64,000 nucleotides of DNA from Mobula hypostoma (GCF_963921235.1 NC_086109.1:6574001-6638000); one strand, 5' to 3'; counted from the stretch's first letter, positions 37,600 to 50,376 are shown. Made by a program: numbers and translations. The notes: generated by a model not told the origin, from the sequence alone.

Positions 37600-38410
37600 T
37601 ATACGGGCTATGGTAGGAAACTTTGTCACATGGTGTGAGCAGAATTATCTGCAGTTTAATGTGAAAAAGACTAAGGAGCTGGTGGTAGACCTGAGGAGAG
37701 CTAAGGTGCCGGTGACCCGTTTCCATCCAGGGGGTCAGTGTGGACATGGTGGATGATTACAAATACCTGGGGATACGAATTGACAATAAACTGGACTGGT
37801 CAAAGAACACTGAGGCTGTCTACAAGAAGGGACAGAGCCGTCTCTATTTCCTGAGGAGACTGAGGTCCTTTAACATCTGCTGGACGATGCTGAGGATGTT
37901 CTACGAGTCTGTGGTGGCCAGTGCTATCATGTTTGCTGTAGTGTGCTGGGGCAGCAGGCTGAGGGTAGCAAACACAACGGAATCAACAAACTCATTCGTA
38001 AGGCCAGTGATGTTGTGGGGATGGAACTGGACTCTCTGATGGTGGTGTCTGAAAAGAGGATGCTGTCTAAGTTGCATGCCATCTTGGACAATGTCTCCCA
38101 TCCACTACATAATGTACTGGTTGGGCACAGGAGTACATTCAGCCAGAGACTCATTCCACCGAGATGCAACACAGAGCGTCATAGGAAGTCATTCCTGCCT
38201 GTGGCCATCAAACTTTACAACTCCTCCCTTGGAGGGTCAGACACCCTGAGCCAATAGGCTGGTCCTGGACTTAGTTTATAATTTACTGGCATAATTTACA
38301 TATTACTATTTAACTATTTATGGTTTTATTACTATTTATTATTTATGGTGCAACTGTAACGAAAACCAATTACCCCCGGGATCAATAAAGTATGATTATG
38401 ACTATGACTA
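37600..38410 (+). mobile_element. Young Rex1/Babar 3' fragment with (TATGAC)n tail
   Basis: YKYLGIRIDNKLDWSKNT..KKGQSRLYFLRRLRSF; near-identical to 14257-14636 in reverse. Confidence 0.85.
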
Positions 38411-38989
38411 AAAACTATAAAGCTGAAAAAAAACATCTATCTAGTCCCAAGTCCACATCCAAAAAGAAGAAAAAACCTGGGCAACACTCTTTGTGTGCAA
38501 CTGGCAAGCTCTCCCCTTTGCAACACAGAGCAAACAATCAAAAGGCAAGCATCTACCTTTCAAAGCTTCCATATCCTTCCTATCATGGGTCAACAAGAAC
38601 TGAATTCAATACTCCGGATGTCTCCTATCTAGAGTTTACAAGGCTGCAACCTAATGTCTCAACTCTTGAATTCTGGCTGGTATTGGTCTGAATGAGTATT
38701 AAAACCATTTGAACATTGAAGAATTCAAGGTGGGCAACTGTTTGTCATACTAGGTATGACTTCTGCTCTTATTGCAAGCAACAAGACTGAAGCTATCAAG
38801 AAATAAGAATCCTTCCTTACAATATATAAATTAGAATTAAGAATTCAATGGCAGTGTGGTAGAATCCTCTGGAACAGTTGAAATAGTCTGGTTCTTCTTT
38901 CATAATCAACATTTTTTAAAACTCAGTTTGGATTTGCCCCAGCATTGTTTCTTCATTCACTTTCCCTCAGCTGTTTTTCAACTTTTGTG

Positions 38990-39690
38990 ACACACAAAAT
39001 GCTGGAGGAACTCAGCAGGCTAGGCAGTATCTAACGAAAAAAAAGTACAACCAATGCTTCAAGCAGAGACCGTTCAGCAGGACTGGAGAAAAAAAAGATG
39101 AGGAGTAGATTTAAAAGGTGAGGGAGGGAGGGAGGGGAGAGAGAAACACAAGGCAATAGGTGAAACCAGGACCAGAAGGGGAAGGGATGAAGTAAAGAGC
39201 TGGGAAGTTGATTGGTGAAAGAGATACAGGGCTGGAGAAGGGGGAATCTAACAGAAAGACATGGAAGAAAAGGGGCGGGGGGAAGGAGCACCGGAGGGAA
39301 GTGATGGGCAGGAAAGGAAAAGGGGAATGGTGAAGTGGGCGGGGGGGGGGGAGAAGGGCATTACCAGAAGTTCAAGGAAATCGATGTTCATGAGGGAAAG
39401 AGAGTGAGAAAAAAATGTAATAAATTTAGAGATGGGGTAAGAAGGGGAGGAGGGGCATTAACAGAAGTTAGAGAAGTCAATGTTCATACCGTCAGGTTGG
39501 AGGCTACCCAGACGGAATACAAGATGTTGCTCCTCCAACCTGAGTGTGGCTTCATCTTGACAGTAGAGCAGGCCATGGATAGACATAACAGAATGGGAAT
39601 GGAATGTGGAATTAAAATGTGTGGCCACTGGGAGATCCTGCTTTCCTTGGCGGACAGTGTGTCGGTGTTCAGCAAAATGGTCTCCCAGTT
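38990..39690 (-). mobile_element. Penelope-like element: GIY-YIG C-terminus plus 3' UTR
   Basis: - strand GDHFAEHRHTVRQGKQDLPVATHFNSTFHSHSVMSIHGLLYCQDEATLRLEEQHLVFRLGSLQPDGMNIDFSNF, then a pyrimidine-rich UTR and a decayed hammerhead. Confidence 0.8.
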
Positions 39691-39932
39691 TTTATCATCT
39701 TGTTTGTGATTCAACTTCTTTTAAGTGTTTTTATGTTTATCTTATTTTGTTTGCTCAGTACTTAAACATCTCAGTTAAAAGGATCAAAATTTTGTCCAAC
39801 TACAATTGACAATATACCACCTCTGGAGACCAAAATAGCAAGATAAAATGTCAGCAGTAAACAATTATAGAAAACAGCAGCTACTTTGCAAGTTCTGACA
39901 CAAAATCAATATGCATTTTAAAAAATGCTTAC

Positions 39933-40057
39933 TTAGCAATTACAGGTACTTCATAACTATCATCAATGCGTTGTTTACCAGCAGCCACTGCAGCTGAAAG
40001 CAGCAATGTAGGTTTTCTTGTTTCTTCTGCCTCAATTGTAAAGGCAGCTTTCAGTTC
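39933..40057 (-). CDS. GH18 chitinase-like gene, 125-nt exon
   Basis: actcctag|GAA...AA|gtaagc; ELKAAFTIEAEETRKPTLLLSAAVAAGKQRIDDSYEVPVIA(K). Confidence 0.93.
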
Positions 40058-41424
40058 CTAGGAGTAAGCAAAATCATTAGAATAATTGCAGAGTTGTTCT
40101 CCAAAGGGAGGATTATGGAGATTTTCAGGATTGTTAATTTTGGTTACAGTGTTTTAACTACATATCGAATCCTTGTTCCTTCCAAAGAAATGAAAATGCA
40201 AAAATTGTTTATTTTAATCCAGCCAGCCTACCCAGAGTCAAAATGGCTGAGAATGCATGGCACATTTCTGACAACCCCATTTTAATGAAAGCCATTTCAG
40301 GCCAGAAGTACCACTATTCCTCACAGATGAAGGTGCAGCTAACAGTCCTACGATGCAATCTGATACCACCATTTGCCCTGAAAAACCTACAATCTAATTG
40401 TTTCTCCAATATACATCATTGAATGCTCAGAAATTTTCTCCAATTAAGCACTAGGAAGACCAAAGCTGTTATCTTTAGTCCACTTCACAACTTTATGTTC
40501 CGCAGCCAAAGTTATAAAGATACACAATATAGAAACAAGCCTTTCGGCTCATTACGCCCATGATGAACATCAAGTACCCATGTGCAATAATCCCACCTAA
40601 CTCCTCTCCTGATTCAACTCATTTGTGCTGGAGTCCTCATCCATGCTGTTGTCACCTGTGGATTGAATACTACAATGCACTTTTAGCTGGCCTCTCTCAA
40701 TCCATCATTACTAAACTAGAGACATTCTTAATCTACATCGTTTTATTTACCTTTACTCTAAACTTGCTGCTTACACTAACATCCAATAAAGTGACCTTAA
40801 ATTTCTCATATATTTAAAGATTTCTGCATGGCCTCATGAAGCGCTACCTAACACCACCACTACACCCCCTCCCCACCACCACCTATAACATCTACCAGTC
40901 CAATGCACAAATATCAGAACTCCTCCAGATCTGGACTTTATACCATGAACATACTTAATGATGACTTAGCCATCAGTAACCACGCCCCAACTCTGAAATT
41001 TCCTCCCCAACCTTTTAGGCATTTTCTTTCTCCTTTCTCCAATAAGCTGGCCCTTTGACCAAACTTTTGACCTTCTGATATAATATTCTGTCATGTTGAT
41101 CAATGTCTAATTTTGTTCAGTGGTGCTCCTTTGAAGTCCTTTGATACATTTGGATGCTCTGGAGGCACTATAAAATATAGGTTGCTGTTCCTGTGTTAGA
41201 AAATTGTTACCAAAACAACCACAAGACATTTCTTGTCTTATAAAACAAACGAACCTTTATTTACCCAAACAAAAACGTTCTTAGAATTTTCCGTTTGAAT
41301 ATTTTCAGCTGAAAATAAATATAAACAAAGAGGAGAGGGGATTGATTTGAGAGAATGCCACATGATTCAATAATTTCATAACATTGTACATCAGAGACAT
41401 AAAATTAAAAGTGGTCTTTCTCAC

Positions 41425-41590
41425 TTCGACCAATCTTGAGTAAAGTTCTCTGTTCTCTGGTGGGTTTCCTGGAACAACAGGGTACAGCCAGGCCAGTTCT
41501 AAACCATCAAAGTGGTGATGCCTCAGGAAGTTAACCACAGAATTGATGAACGTTCTTCTAGTTGTTTCAGTAGACACCATTCTGGTAAAA
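41425..41590 (-). CDS. GH18 chitinase-like gene, 166-nt catalytic-motif exon (DxDxE degenerate)
   Basis: tgttgtag|T...GAA|gtgaga; [55 protein letters not shown]. Confidence 0.95.
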
Positions 41591-44246
41591 CTACAACAGT
41601 AAGGAAATTCAAAATGTGGTTATGTGCTTTTCCAATCTGTTTCTCATTTAAATGTAAATCAATATGCAGTGAAAAATGGCCACATTTTAAATTTCAAAGG
41701 AATTGAAATCAATTTAAGGAAAACTTCATTTACATTCCATATTTAGCCTCAGGTTTGTAAAGCTCTAGTTGGCCTTTCCTTTGGGAAATGACTGGATTCA
41801 GAAGCCTCTATTAAAATCATGCTTCCTCACTAATACACAGACCAAAGGATGGAAAATGGTTTGGTGACTAGCATTAATTAAAAATCAGTTGAGTTTAAAC
41901 TTTTTTAAATGCAGGGATCACGTCACAGACAATGATCCCTCCAAGGTACACGTGTCTGCATGAACACACATCTTTTGCTGCTTGTGCACAAAGGAATTTA
42001 AACTGCCCACAAAAGGTTGTCATCCTCTACCTCATTGGCATGTTAAGTATATGTCACCATCATATACGATCACATTTCCTTTTCCGGTTTCTGATGCAGA
42101 TGGTATTGACAACATGGAGTTTGATCACTTGTCTGCAGATTTTAGAACTGGCTTATTTATACTGACATTGAAGCATATAGTAAAACGTGTTTGCATCAAA
42201 TCAAATCAACATCAGCCTGCAAGTGTCACCACACTTCTGGCACCAACATAGTGTGCCCACAATTCACTAACCGTAACTATATGCTTCTGGAATATGGGAG
42301 GAAACCAGACCACTCAGAGGAAACCCAACAAGATCTTGGGGAGAGCCTACAAATTCCTTACACACAGTGCCGGGAATCGAGGGTAGAGTCAATTGTTGGT
42401 CTTTAAACAAGGATGTAAGCAACAGCCAATCTGATGGCATGAACATCGATTTCTCTAACTTCTGGTAATCTCTTCTACCTCCCCCTTCTCTCTTTTTCCA
42501 TTCCCCATTCTGGCTTCCCTCTTCTCTTCACTTCTCCTCCCACTAGTGCCCTTCCTCCTTCTTTCTCCCACGGCCCACTAACCTCTCCTATCAGATTCCT
42601 TCTTCATCCCTTCACCTCTTCCACTCATCACATCCCAGCCTCTTACTTCACCCAACCCCTCCTTTCCCCTCACCTGGTTTCACCTGTCACCTGCTAGTTT
42701 GCACTCCTTACCCTCCCCCATCTTCTTATTCTAGCTTCTGCCCTCTTCATTTCCAGTCCTGATGAAGGGCCTTGGTCCTCCATTGATGCTGGCAGATTTG
42801 CTGAGCATTTTGGTGTGCTTTGCTCAATATATTAAAGGAGTGAACAGACCAAGGATTGAGAGAAGATGAGAGAAAAAAAATGAATAATATCTAAGTTTAA
42901 AGATTTGGTGTGCTTGAAGCAATATTGGCCAGACAGTCCAAGACTACAAGAAGAAAATTATATTTTATGTTAACCTCTGAGTAATCTTAAAATAATGAAC
43001 AGTTGTCATAAATGAAAGCAACGCTTCATGTAGTACAGGCCTGGCAGTGAAAAAAAAATTTCAGACATTACTTGTGTTAAGTGGGCTATAGGAAGTTTAA
43101 GGTGAGAGGTAGTGCAAACTAACCTCTCAAAGATAGAAGTGAGTCCAATTAAAATGATCAGTACATATAAAAAATACAGGTCATGGACGTTATAGAGTAA
43201 ACAGTTGAATTTTTTTAATATACAGTAGATCCAAGGAATTGGGAAAGAACTTTTATTTCTTCGGATGAATTATATCATTTGTATTATAAATGTCTTTACC
43301 TCCCTATCTAGTTGTATCACCACTTTCAAGGAGCTCTGGGCTTGCATCCAAAGATCCTTCTGAAGGTCCTTTCAATTACTCCATAATATCCTCTTGTATT
43401 TGATCTCCCAAAATGCATCACCTCACAATTGTCTGCATTAAACTCCTGCTGTCATTTCTCTCTCCAAATTACCCAACTGATTTATACCCTGTTGTACCCT
43501 TTGATATCCTTCCTTGCTATCCACAACTCCACCAATTTTTGTGTCACCTTGCACAGTGCACTAATCAGACAAACTAGATTTGGTAAATTGGTAAAATTGA
43601 ATTATATCAATTATACTTATCGATCAATTAAAACAATAAAGGAGAAAGGCACAATGAAATGAGGATGAAATCTTGCTGGACAGCAAAAGAAGAAAGTGAT
43701 CAAAGATATCCTGTCATTGAGAAGATGGAAAAGGAAAGATGTCAGAAGTGACCCTGGATGTCATTTACCAAGTTTATTTGAAAAGAGAGATATAGGTAGT
43801 GAAGAAGGTGAATGTGTTCCAATGAACTAAAATGGAAGTTACAGCCACTGAAGATGAGATGTCATTCAGTACAGAGGCAGAAATCAGTAAAGGTTATAAA
43901 GAGCTGTGGCAATTGGGATTGAAGATTTTAAATAAGGGACCAGTGGCATGGAACAAGTGAACAAGTGCAAACAAGGAGAAGTAACTGAAATGACAGGAGT
44001 CACTGTGATAGTCCCGGCTAATGGATGACACTAACTGTATTCCAAACGTTGGCTCCTAGCCAGATTTAGAGTACCGGTATAAGTGGACTCCAGTCACACC
44101 AGGACCAGTACATTTTGGCGCAATTAAACTGCTGCCCCAATTAGCCTAAGTTTCATGGAAATAGCTAAAAAGGTATAAAAACAAATTACCATTAAACTGA
44201 GTAACAAATTATGTACTTAAATGAAATACAGAACTATAAAACTGTG

Positions 44247-44993
44247 AACACGAGGAATTCTGCAGATGCTGGAAATTCAAGCAACACACATCAAAGTTGC
44301 TGGTGAACGCAGCAGGCCAGGCAGCATCTCTAGGAAGAGGTACAGTCGACGTTTCGGGCCGAGACCCTTCGTCAGGACTAAATGAAGGAAGAGCTAGTAA
44401 GAGATTTGAAAGTTGGATGGGGAGGGGAGATCCAAAATGATAGGAGAAGACAGGAGGGGGAGGGATGGAGCCAAGAGCTGGACAGGTGATTGGCAAAAGG
44501 GATATGAGAGGATCATGGGACAGGAAGCCCAGGGAGAAGGGGGGAGGGGGGGGGAAATCCCAGAGGATAGGCAAGGGGTATAGTCAGAGGGTCAGAGGGA
44601 GAAAAAGGAGAGAGAGAAAGAATGTGTGTATATAAATAAATAACAGATGGGGTACGAGGGGGAGGTGGGGCATTAACAGAAGTTAGAGAAGTCAATGTTC
44701 ATGCCATCAAGTTGGAGGCTACCCAGACGGAATATAAGGTGTTGTTCCTCCAATCTGAGTGTGGCTTCATCTTTATGAAGCCAATCACCTGTCCAGCTCT
44801 TGGCTCCATCCCTCCCCCTCCTGTCTTCTCCTATCATTTTGGATCTCCCCTCCCCCTCCCACTTTCAAATCTCTTACTAGCTCTTCCTTCAGTTAGTCCT
44901 GCCGAAGGGTCTCGGCCCGAAACGTCGACTGTACCTCTTCCTAGAGATGCTGCCTGGCCTGCTGCGTTCACCAGCAACTTTGATGTGTGTTGC
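44247..44993 (-). mobile_element. Penelope-like insertion with inverted pseudo-LTR
   Basis: TSD TATAAAACTGTG at 44235-44246 and 44994-45005; ~214-bp inverted arms 44281-44494 / 44780-44993; ORF end DEATLRLEEQHLIFRLGSLQLDGMNIDFSNF. Confidence 0.85.
44344..44379 (-). ncRNA. Minimal type-I hammerhead ribozyme motif (intact core)
   Basis: AGUC-CUGACGA-A-GGGU-CUCG-GCCC-GAA-ACGU-C-GACU: stem I AGUC/GACU, stem II GGGU/GCCC, palindromic ACGU stem III, GUC cleavage triplet. Confidence 0.7.
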
Positions 44994-46664
44994 TATAAAA
45001 CTGTGTATCAGTTCCCAATAGTTATTGACAGAGGAATCCTCCAGTGTACGCTAACACGTTCATTTCATTAAGTGTAAATAAGCCAAAATCAGCACAGATA
45101 TCTGAGGTAGATAATCAATTGTTTTCATACAATGCTATCAATGACTGTATTCTCCAAATCCTTATTTTCATTGCACCATTCGAGATGATAGTTGATAGCT
45201 TTAAATTCTTCATAGGGCCTAACCTCAAGTAGTGAAATAGTTTAATTTTCATTCCCAGCCGTTTCGGGCATCACAAAGTCTGAATGCTTGAAACCACAGT
45301 GAGCAAAACAGTTCTGAATTGTCTTACTGCTTATTCCTCACCAACTATGAGTGACAAAAATCACTGCTTTTGGAACAGAAGCACACACAACCGACAATAT
45401 TCAAAAGCTGTACACTCTAAGCACAGTGTAGTGTCTAATGGTTACATAAGTGCACGTATCTGACACTTGTTAGAAAATGTTGCCCCAATTAAGTGACGCA
45501 GTGTCCCAAATAAATGAAGGGAATCTCAGCTACTTTCTCAATTAAATTTTGTTCAAGAGTTGTCACAAATAACTGGCTGCCCCAATTAATCGGAATTCAC
45601 CGTAGTTTCATCCATTAGCCGGGTTTTCAATAAAGTTATGGTATTTCTGTAAGATCTAAAACATATAGGAGAGTAATGCCATATTTAAGTATGCTGATGT
45701 TGGCTGGATCAAAGGTCGCAATGAATCAACATATAGGAGGGAGATTGAAAATCTGGCTGAGTGGTACTACACCAACAACCTCTCACTCAATGTTAGCAAG
45801 ACCAAGGAGCTAATTATTACATTTAGGAGGAAAAACCTGGAGGTCCGTGAGCCAGTCCTTATCAGAGGATCAGATGATGAGAGGCATTGATCGTGTGGAT
45901 AGTTACAGGTTTTTTCCTGGGGCTGAAATGGCTAACAGGAGAGGGCACAGTTTTAAGGTGCTTGGAAGCAGGTACAGAGAAGATGTCAGGGGTGTGTTTT
46001 TTTTATTATGCAGAGAGTGGTGAGTGCATGGAATGGGCTACCAGTGACAGTGGTGGAGGTGGATACAATAGCGTCTTTTAAGAGACTCCTGTGGGCCGAA
46101 GGACTTGTATTGTGCTGTAGGTTTTCTACTTTAATTTCTCATTTAATCTTCAAAGTCGTCGTTGTCGTGGCTATCAATCGAGGTTAAGGATGGTGTTTTT
46201 TTCCCCATTGATCTATTTATGGGCTCTCAAGTGGAAGATGTGGCTCACAGAACGAAAATGCCTGTGTGTATATTTGTTTAACGTGTACTTGATGTTGCAC
46301 TCCAAGAAGCACACGATACTTCATAAATCAACCAACTGTTTCCAATGGCATGGAAACCACGACAATTGGAACTGATGGATTTGTTGCAGCCCTCATCCGC
46401 CTTCACAGCTGTTGAGTTCAAAGTAACTTCATCTGATTGTTCCACCATTGAGGTCTTGGTTGGATCGTTCTTTGTCAGGGACCTCACCCTCGACCTTACC
46501 ACCATGGGTGACCCTACCAGAAGCATAGCTTCAGATGGCATCGCTCTTGGGATCTCAGGACCACACAAGCTTCTCCACTGTGACAAGGTGACAATCCACA
46601 GAGAAGAATCTTCAAAGTAATACAAAGCTGTAAATGAAACATTTGCTGTTTTTATTTGTTTTTC

Positions 46665-47748
46665 CATTAGGAAAGATACTAGCATGGATAAAGCAGTGGT
46701 TGATTGGCAGGAGACAAAGAGTGGGAATAAAGGGAGCCTCATCTGGTTGGCTGCCGGTGACTAGTGGTGTCTTTGTCAGGGCCGCTTCTTTTTATGTTAT
46801 ATGTAATGACTTGGACGACAGAATTGATGGCTTTGTGGCAAAGTTTGCAGATGATATAAAGAGAGATAGCAGGGTGGGCAATTTTGAGGAAGTAGAGAAG
46901 GACTTGGACAGATTAGAAGAATGGGCAAAGAAGTGGCAGATGGCATACCATGTCAGGAAGTGTTTGGTCATGCACTTTGGTAGAAAAAATAAAAGGGTAG
47001 ACTATTTCCTAAATGAAGGGAAAATTCAAAAATCTGAGGTGCAAAGGGGCTTAGGAGTCCTTGTTCAGGATTCCCCAAAGGTTAATTTGCAGGCTATGTC
47101 AGTTGTGAGGAAGACATGTACAACATTAGCATTCATTTCGAGAGGACTAGAATATAAAAGGAAGGATGTAATGCTGACGATTTATAAAAGCACTGGTGAG
47201 GCCTCACTTGGAGTATTGTGAGCAGTTTTGGGCCCATATCTAAGAAAGGCTGTGTTGAAACTAGAAAGGGTTCAAAGGAGGTTCATGAAAATGATTCTGG
47301 GATAGAAAGGCTTGTCATATGAAGAGCATTTGATGGTTCTGGGCCCGCACTCACTGGAATTCAGAGTGACAGGTGACCTCATTGAAACCTATCGTATGTT
47401 GAAAGGCCATGATAGAGTGGATGTGGAGAGGATGTTTCCGATGGTGGGGCGTCTAAGACACAAGGATACAGCCTCAGAATGAAGGAGAGTCCCTTTAGAA
47501 CCAAGGTGAGGAAGGATTTCTTTAGCCAGAGTGGTGAATCCTTGGAATTCGCTGCCACAGTTGGCTGTGGAGGCTAAGTCATTGGGTATATTTAAGGCAG
47601 AGCTTGATAGATTCTTGATTAGTCAGGGCATGAAGGGATATGGGAAGATGACAGGAGATTGGGGCTGAGAGGGAAAATGCATCAGCCATGATGAAAAAGC
47701 ACAGACTTGATGGGCCAAATGGCCTAATTCTGCTCCTCTATCTTACGG
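46665..47748 (+). mobile_element. CR1 RT / 3' fragment
   Basis: WIKQWLIGRRQRVGIKG..WLPVTSG, AKFADD, DLDRLEEWAKKWQM. Confidence 0.85.
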
Positions 47749-47830
47749 AATACTGTGGACAGATGATAAGCAATTGACATTCGTTGCACTTACAAATTTT
47801 ACTCGTTATATTCTTATCATAAGTTCTTAC

Positions 47831-47887
47831 CTCACTGAACCAAAATTCCAACCTCCAATAGCCAGAAGTGTCTTCAAATTTTTATTC
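47831..47887 (-). CDS. GH18 chitinase-like gene, 57-nt exon (first identifiable)
   Basis: ataaag|G...AG|gtaaga; NKNLKTLLAIGGWNFGSV(S) is the canonical vertebrate GH18 KTLLAIGGWNFG exon. Confidence 0.93.
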
Positions 47888-49895
47888 CTTTATGAAATAA
47901 AGCAAATTCATATTTTTTAAAAATAATGAATGCAAGTAAACTTTCAGTATGTTTTCAACAAATATTGGTCTCAATAGTCTAAAGGAAATCTATGCAGAGA
48001 ATTTTGTGAAATAACCCCAAGAGAGTTGTATTTGGTTAAATTATTTGGGGAAATGCCTGCAAGGCCTTTTGATTTAAGGAAATCTTTTAAAAAGTAATTC
48101 ATTGTATGACGCTGATAAGGTTAGCATTCGTTGTATTTCCTAACTGTTCTTAAGAAGGTGGCAGAGTGCCTTTTTCCTTAACCGAAGAGTTCTAACATCT
48201 AACCCAGCAACAATTAGGAATGGTAATATAGTTTCACATTAGGATGCTGTGCAACTTGGATGAACATTTACATCTGATGGCATCCATACACTCCAGCTAA
48301 GTCGTGCTTCTAGATATCAGAAATTGGATGTTCAGAAAATTAGAAGATGAGATTAGGCCCATAATTGCAGTACATGTTGTAGTTGGTACTGTGAATGCTA
48401 GGATGGCAGATCGTGTGCCAATCTAACCAGCTACTTTGTCCTGAATGGTGGAAAAAGTACAGAGATAAGCTCCCTCATACAGTATCCCCAGGCACTGACC
48501 TTTTTACCTGTAATCATGTTTTATACATAGTTGGTCGAGCTAAGCTTCTGGTTAATGACTTTTATCCTTTTACCTCACAATGAGGATACTGGAAGAATTT
48601 GTAAATGGTCATTCCCACTGAATGTTAAAAGCTGTTGATCATTTATTGGAATAGTCAGCACGGTGCTGTGTGTGTGGGGAATTGTGGCTCACAAATTTGA
48701 TTGAGTTTTTTTGAAGAGGTGATAAAGAGGACTGACAGGTACCACGGGATCTCAGTGTTCTTGTGGATGAGTTACTTAAAAGGTAGCAGACAGATGCGTC
48801 AAGTAGTTCAAGAATGTAAATGGAATACTGGCATTTCTGGAAAAGGATTAGAGATATGGAAGTTTTGTTATAATTCCACAGGGTACCAAGATCACATCTG
48901 AACACCACACAGTCTTGGTCCCCTTACTAAAGGAGAATCACCGAGCTAATTCCTGGCATGAGAGGATTGTCTACTGAAGAATAGCTGCAGCATAGTTGGC
49001 TGGAGTTTAGGAGAATGAGGGGTGTTCTTACTGAAATAAATGCCCTTGATCCTCAGTAGTTGGAGGAATGGATACATTTTTGACAAATAAGGGATTCGAG
49101 GATACAGTCCTGATGAAGGGTCTCATCTCAAAACATTGACTTTATTTCCCTCCATATACTGCATGCTGCTGATCTGCTGAGTTTCTCCAGCATTTTAATT
49201 TGGTTTCATTAAAGATCTACAGATATTGCAGAGTTATTAATGCATTAACATTGCATAATGGATACTTGGCTTGTTTACCACTGATAAAAGAGCAACACTT
49301 AACCATTTAGCAGGAAATTAAATTTATAACATTAGCATACAACTCTCGTTAGTTGTTCCTCAGGCCAATGAGGATGCATTCATTTCTGATACAACCTGTA
49401 ATTGCCTTTAATACGACTTTTCATCAAGGTTTACATGAACAAAGGTTGAAGCAAGAGCTAATTATAAGGGAGATTAACTCCCTTACCCATAAATGGAAAA
49501 TCAGAGGGAACTCTGTCAGTGACCCAGATGATATCACAAGTTGGGTAAGGAGAATTCTCAGTACTTACTGAAATTATACACTTTTTACAAAACGGTCAAT
49601 TCCACAATACATCTTACACACATATTAATGAGAGAAAAACTAATCCCCACAATGACCATGCAGTGCTCTATACTTTTGAGCCCTTCCTCATCATCTCAGT
49701 TTCTCATTATGCTGAAGCAGGTGCCCTGCAATTAGAAATTTAACACACTAACATTTTGACCAGTGAATTTAAAGCAAATATACGAACTTCACTGGCAAAG
49801 ACATTATTCATCCTTGCATGCCACTAGCACTCTCCTGCACCAAACATCCTGGTTAGTTTAAGTTGGATCCTATCACCGGTGACAATGCCTTAATA

Positions 49896-50376
49896 CGAGG
49901 GATGATTGATAAGATCGTGGTCTCAGGTAGAAGGAGTCAGTTTTAGAAAACCTAGCACATTTATTTTTCCTACATTTACACACTTAGTCTAGCGGTCGTG
50001 GACCATATGAGTCCCTTCTTTGTAGAAGTCAGCGTCTTGGACCTTCAGAAGTGGCCCACAGCATGGGGTGATTGATATGTTCATGGTCTACGGTAGAAGG
50101 AGATGAGTTATTAACTTCGAACTTTCTGCATAATCACTCAAAGAGTTGAACTGCACGTGCATGTAACAAGAGCTGTATAACTCATCTCCTTCTACCTTAG
50201 GCCACAAACTTATCAATCACCCCTGCTGTGGACCACTTCTAAAAAGGGATCCGTATGCTCCACCACCACTGGACTAAGTGTGTTCATGTAGGAGGGGACT
50301 ATGTTGAAAAATAAATGTGCTAGGTTTTCTAAAATTGACTCCTAGTTTAGGCCACAAACTTATCAATCACCCCTCG
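49896..50376. mobile_element. Palindromic mariner-derived MITE, second copy
   Basis: TA-CGAGGGATGATTGATAAG...CTTATCAATCACCCCTCG-TA; homologous to 10537-11127. Confidence 0.85.

Larger units (their letters stand above)
44082..45602 (-). mobile_element. Tigger/pogo-derived non-autonomous element hosting a Penelope-like insertion
   Basis: Degenerate ends AGTGGACTCC...GGAATTCACCG-TA; - strand remnant SKTIQNCFAHCGFK typical of a pogo DDE C-terminus. Confidence 0.55.

Noticed and set aside
23246..47887. Assigning the symbol CHIA, CHI3L1 or OVGP1 to the GH18 gene
   Set aside because: The motif resembles CHI3L1, the position resembles OVGP1 and the exon sizes resemble CHIA; orthology cannot be settled without a phylogeny
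49618..49727. Candidate signal-peptide exon MVIVGISFSLINM on the - strand
   Set aside because: Its donor is phase 1 whereas the 57-nt GH18 exon needs phase 2, and no intervening CYFTNW exon lies between them
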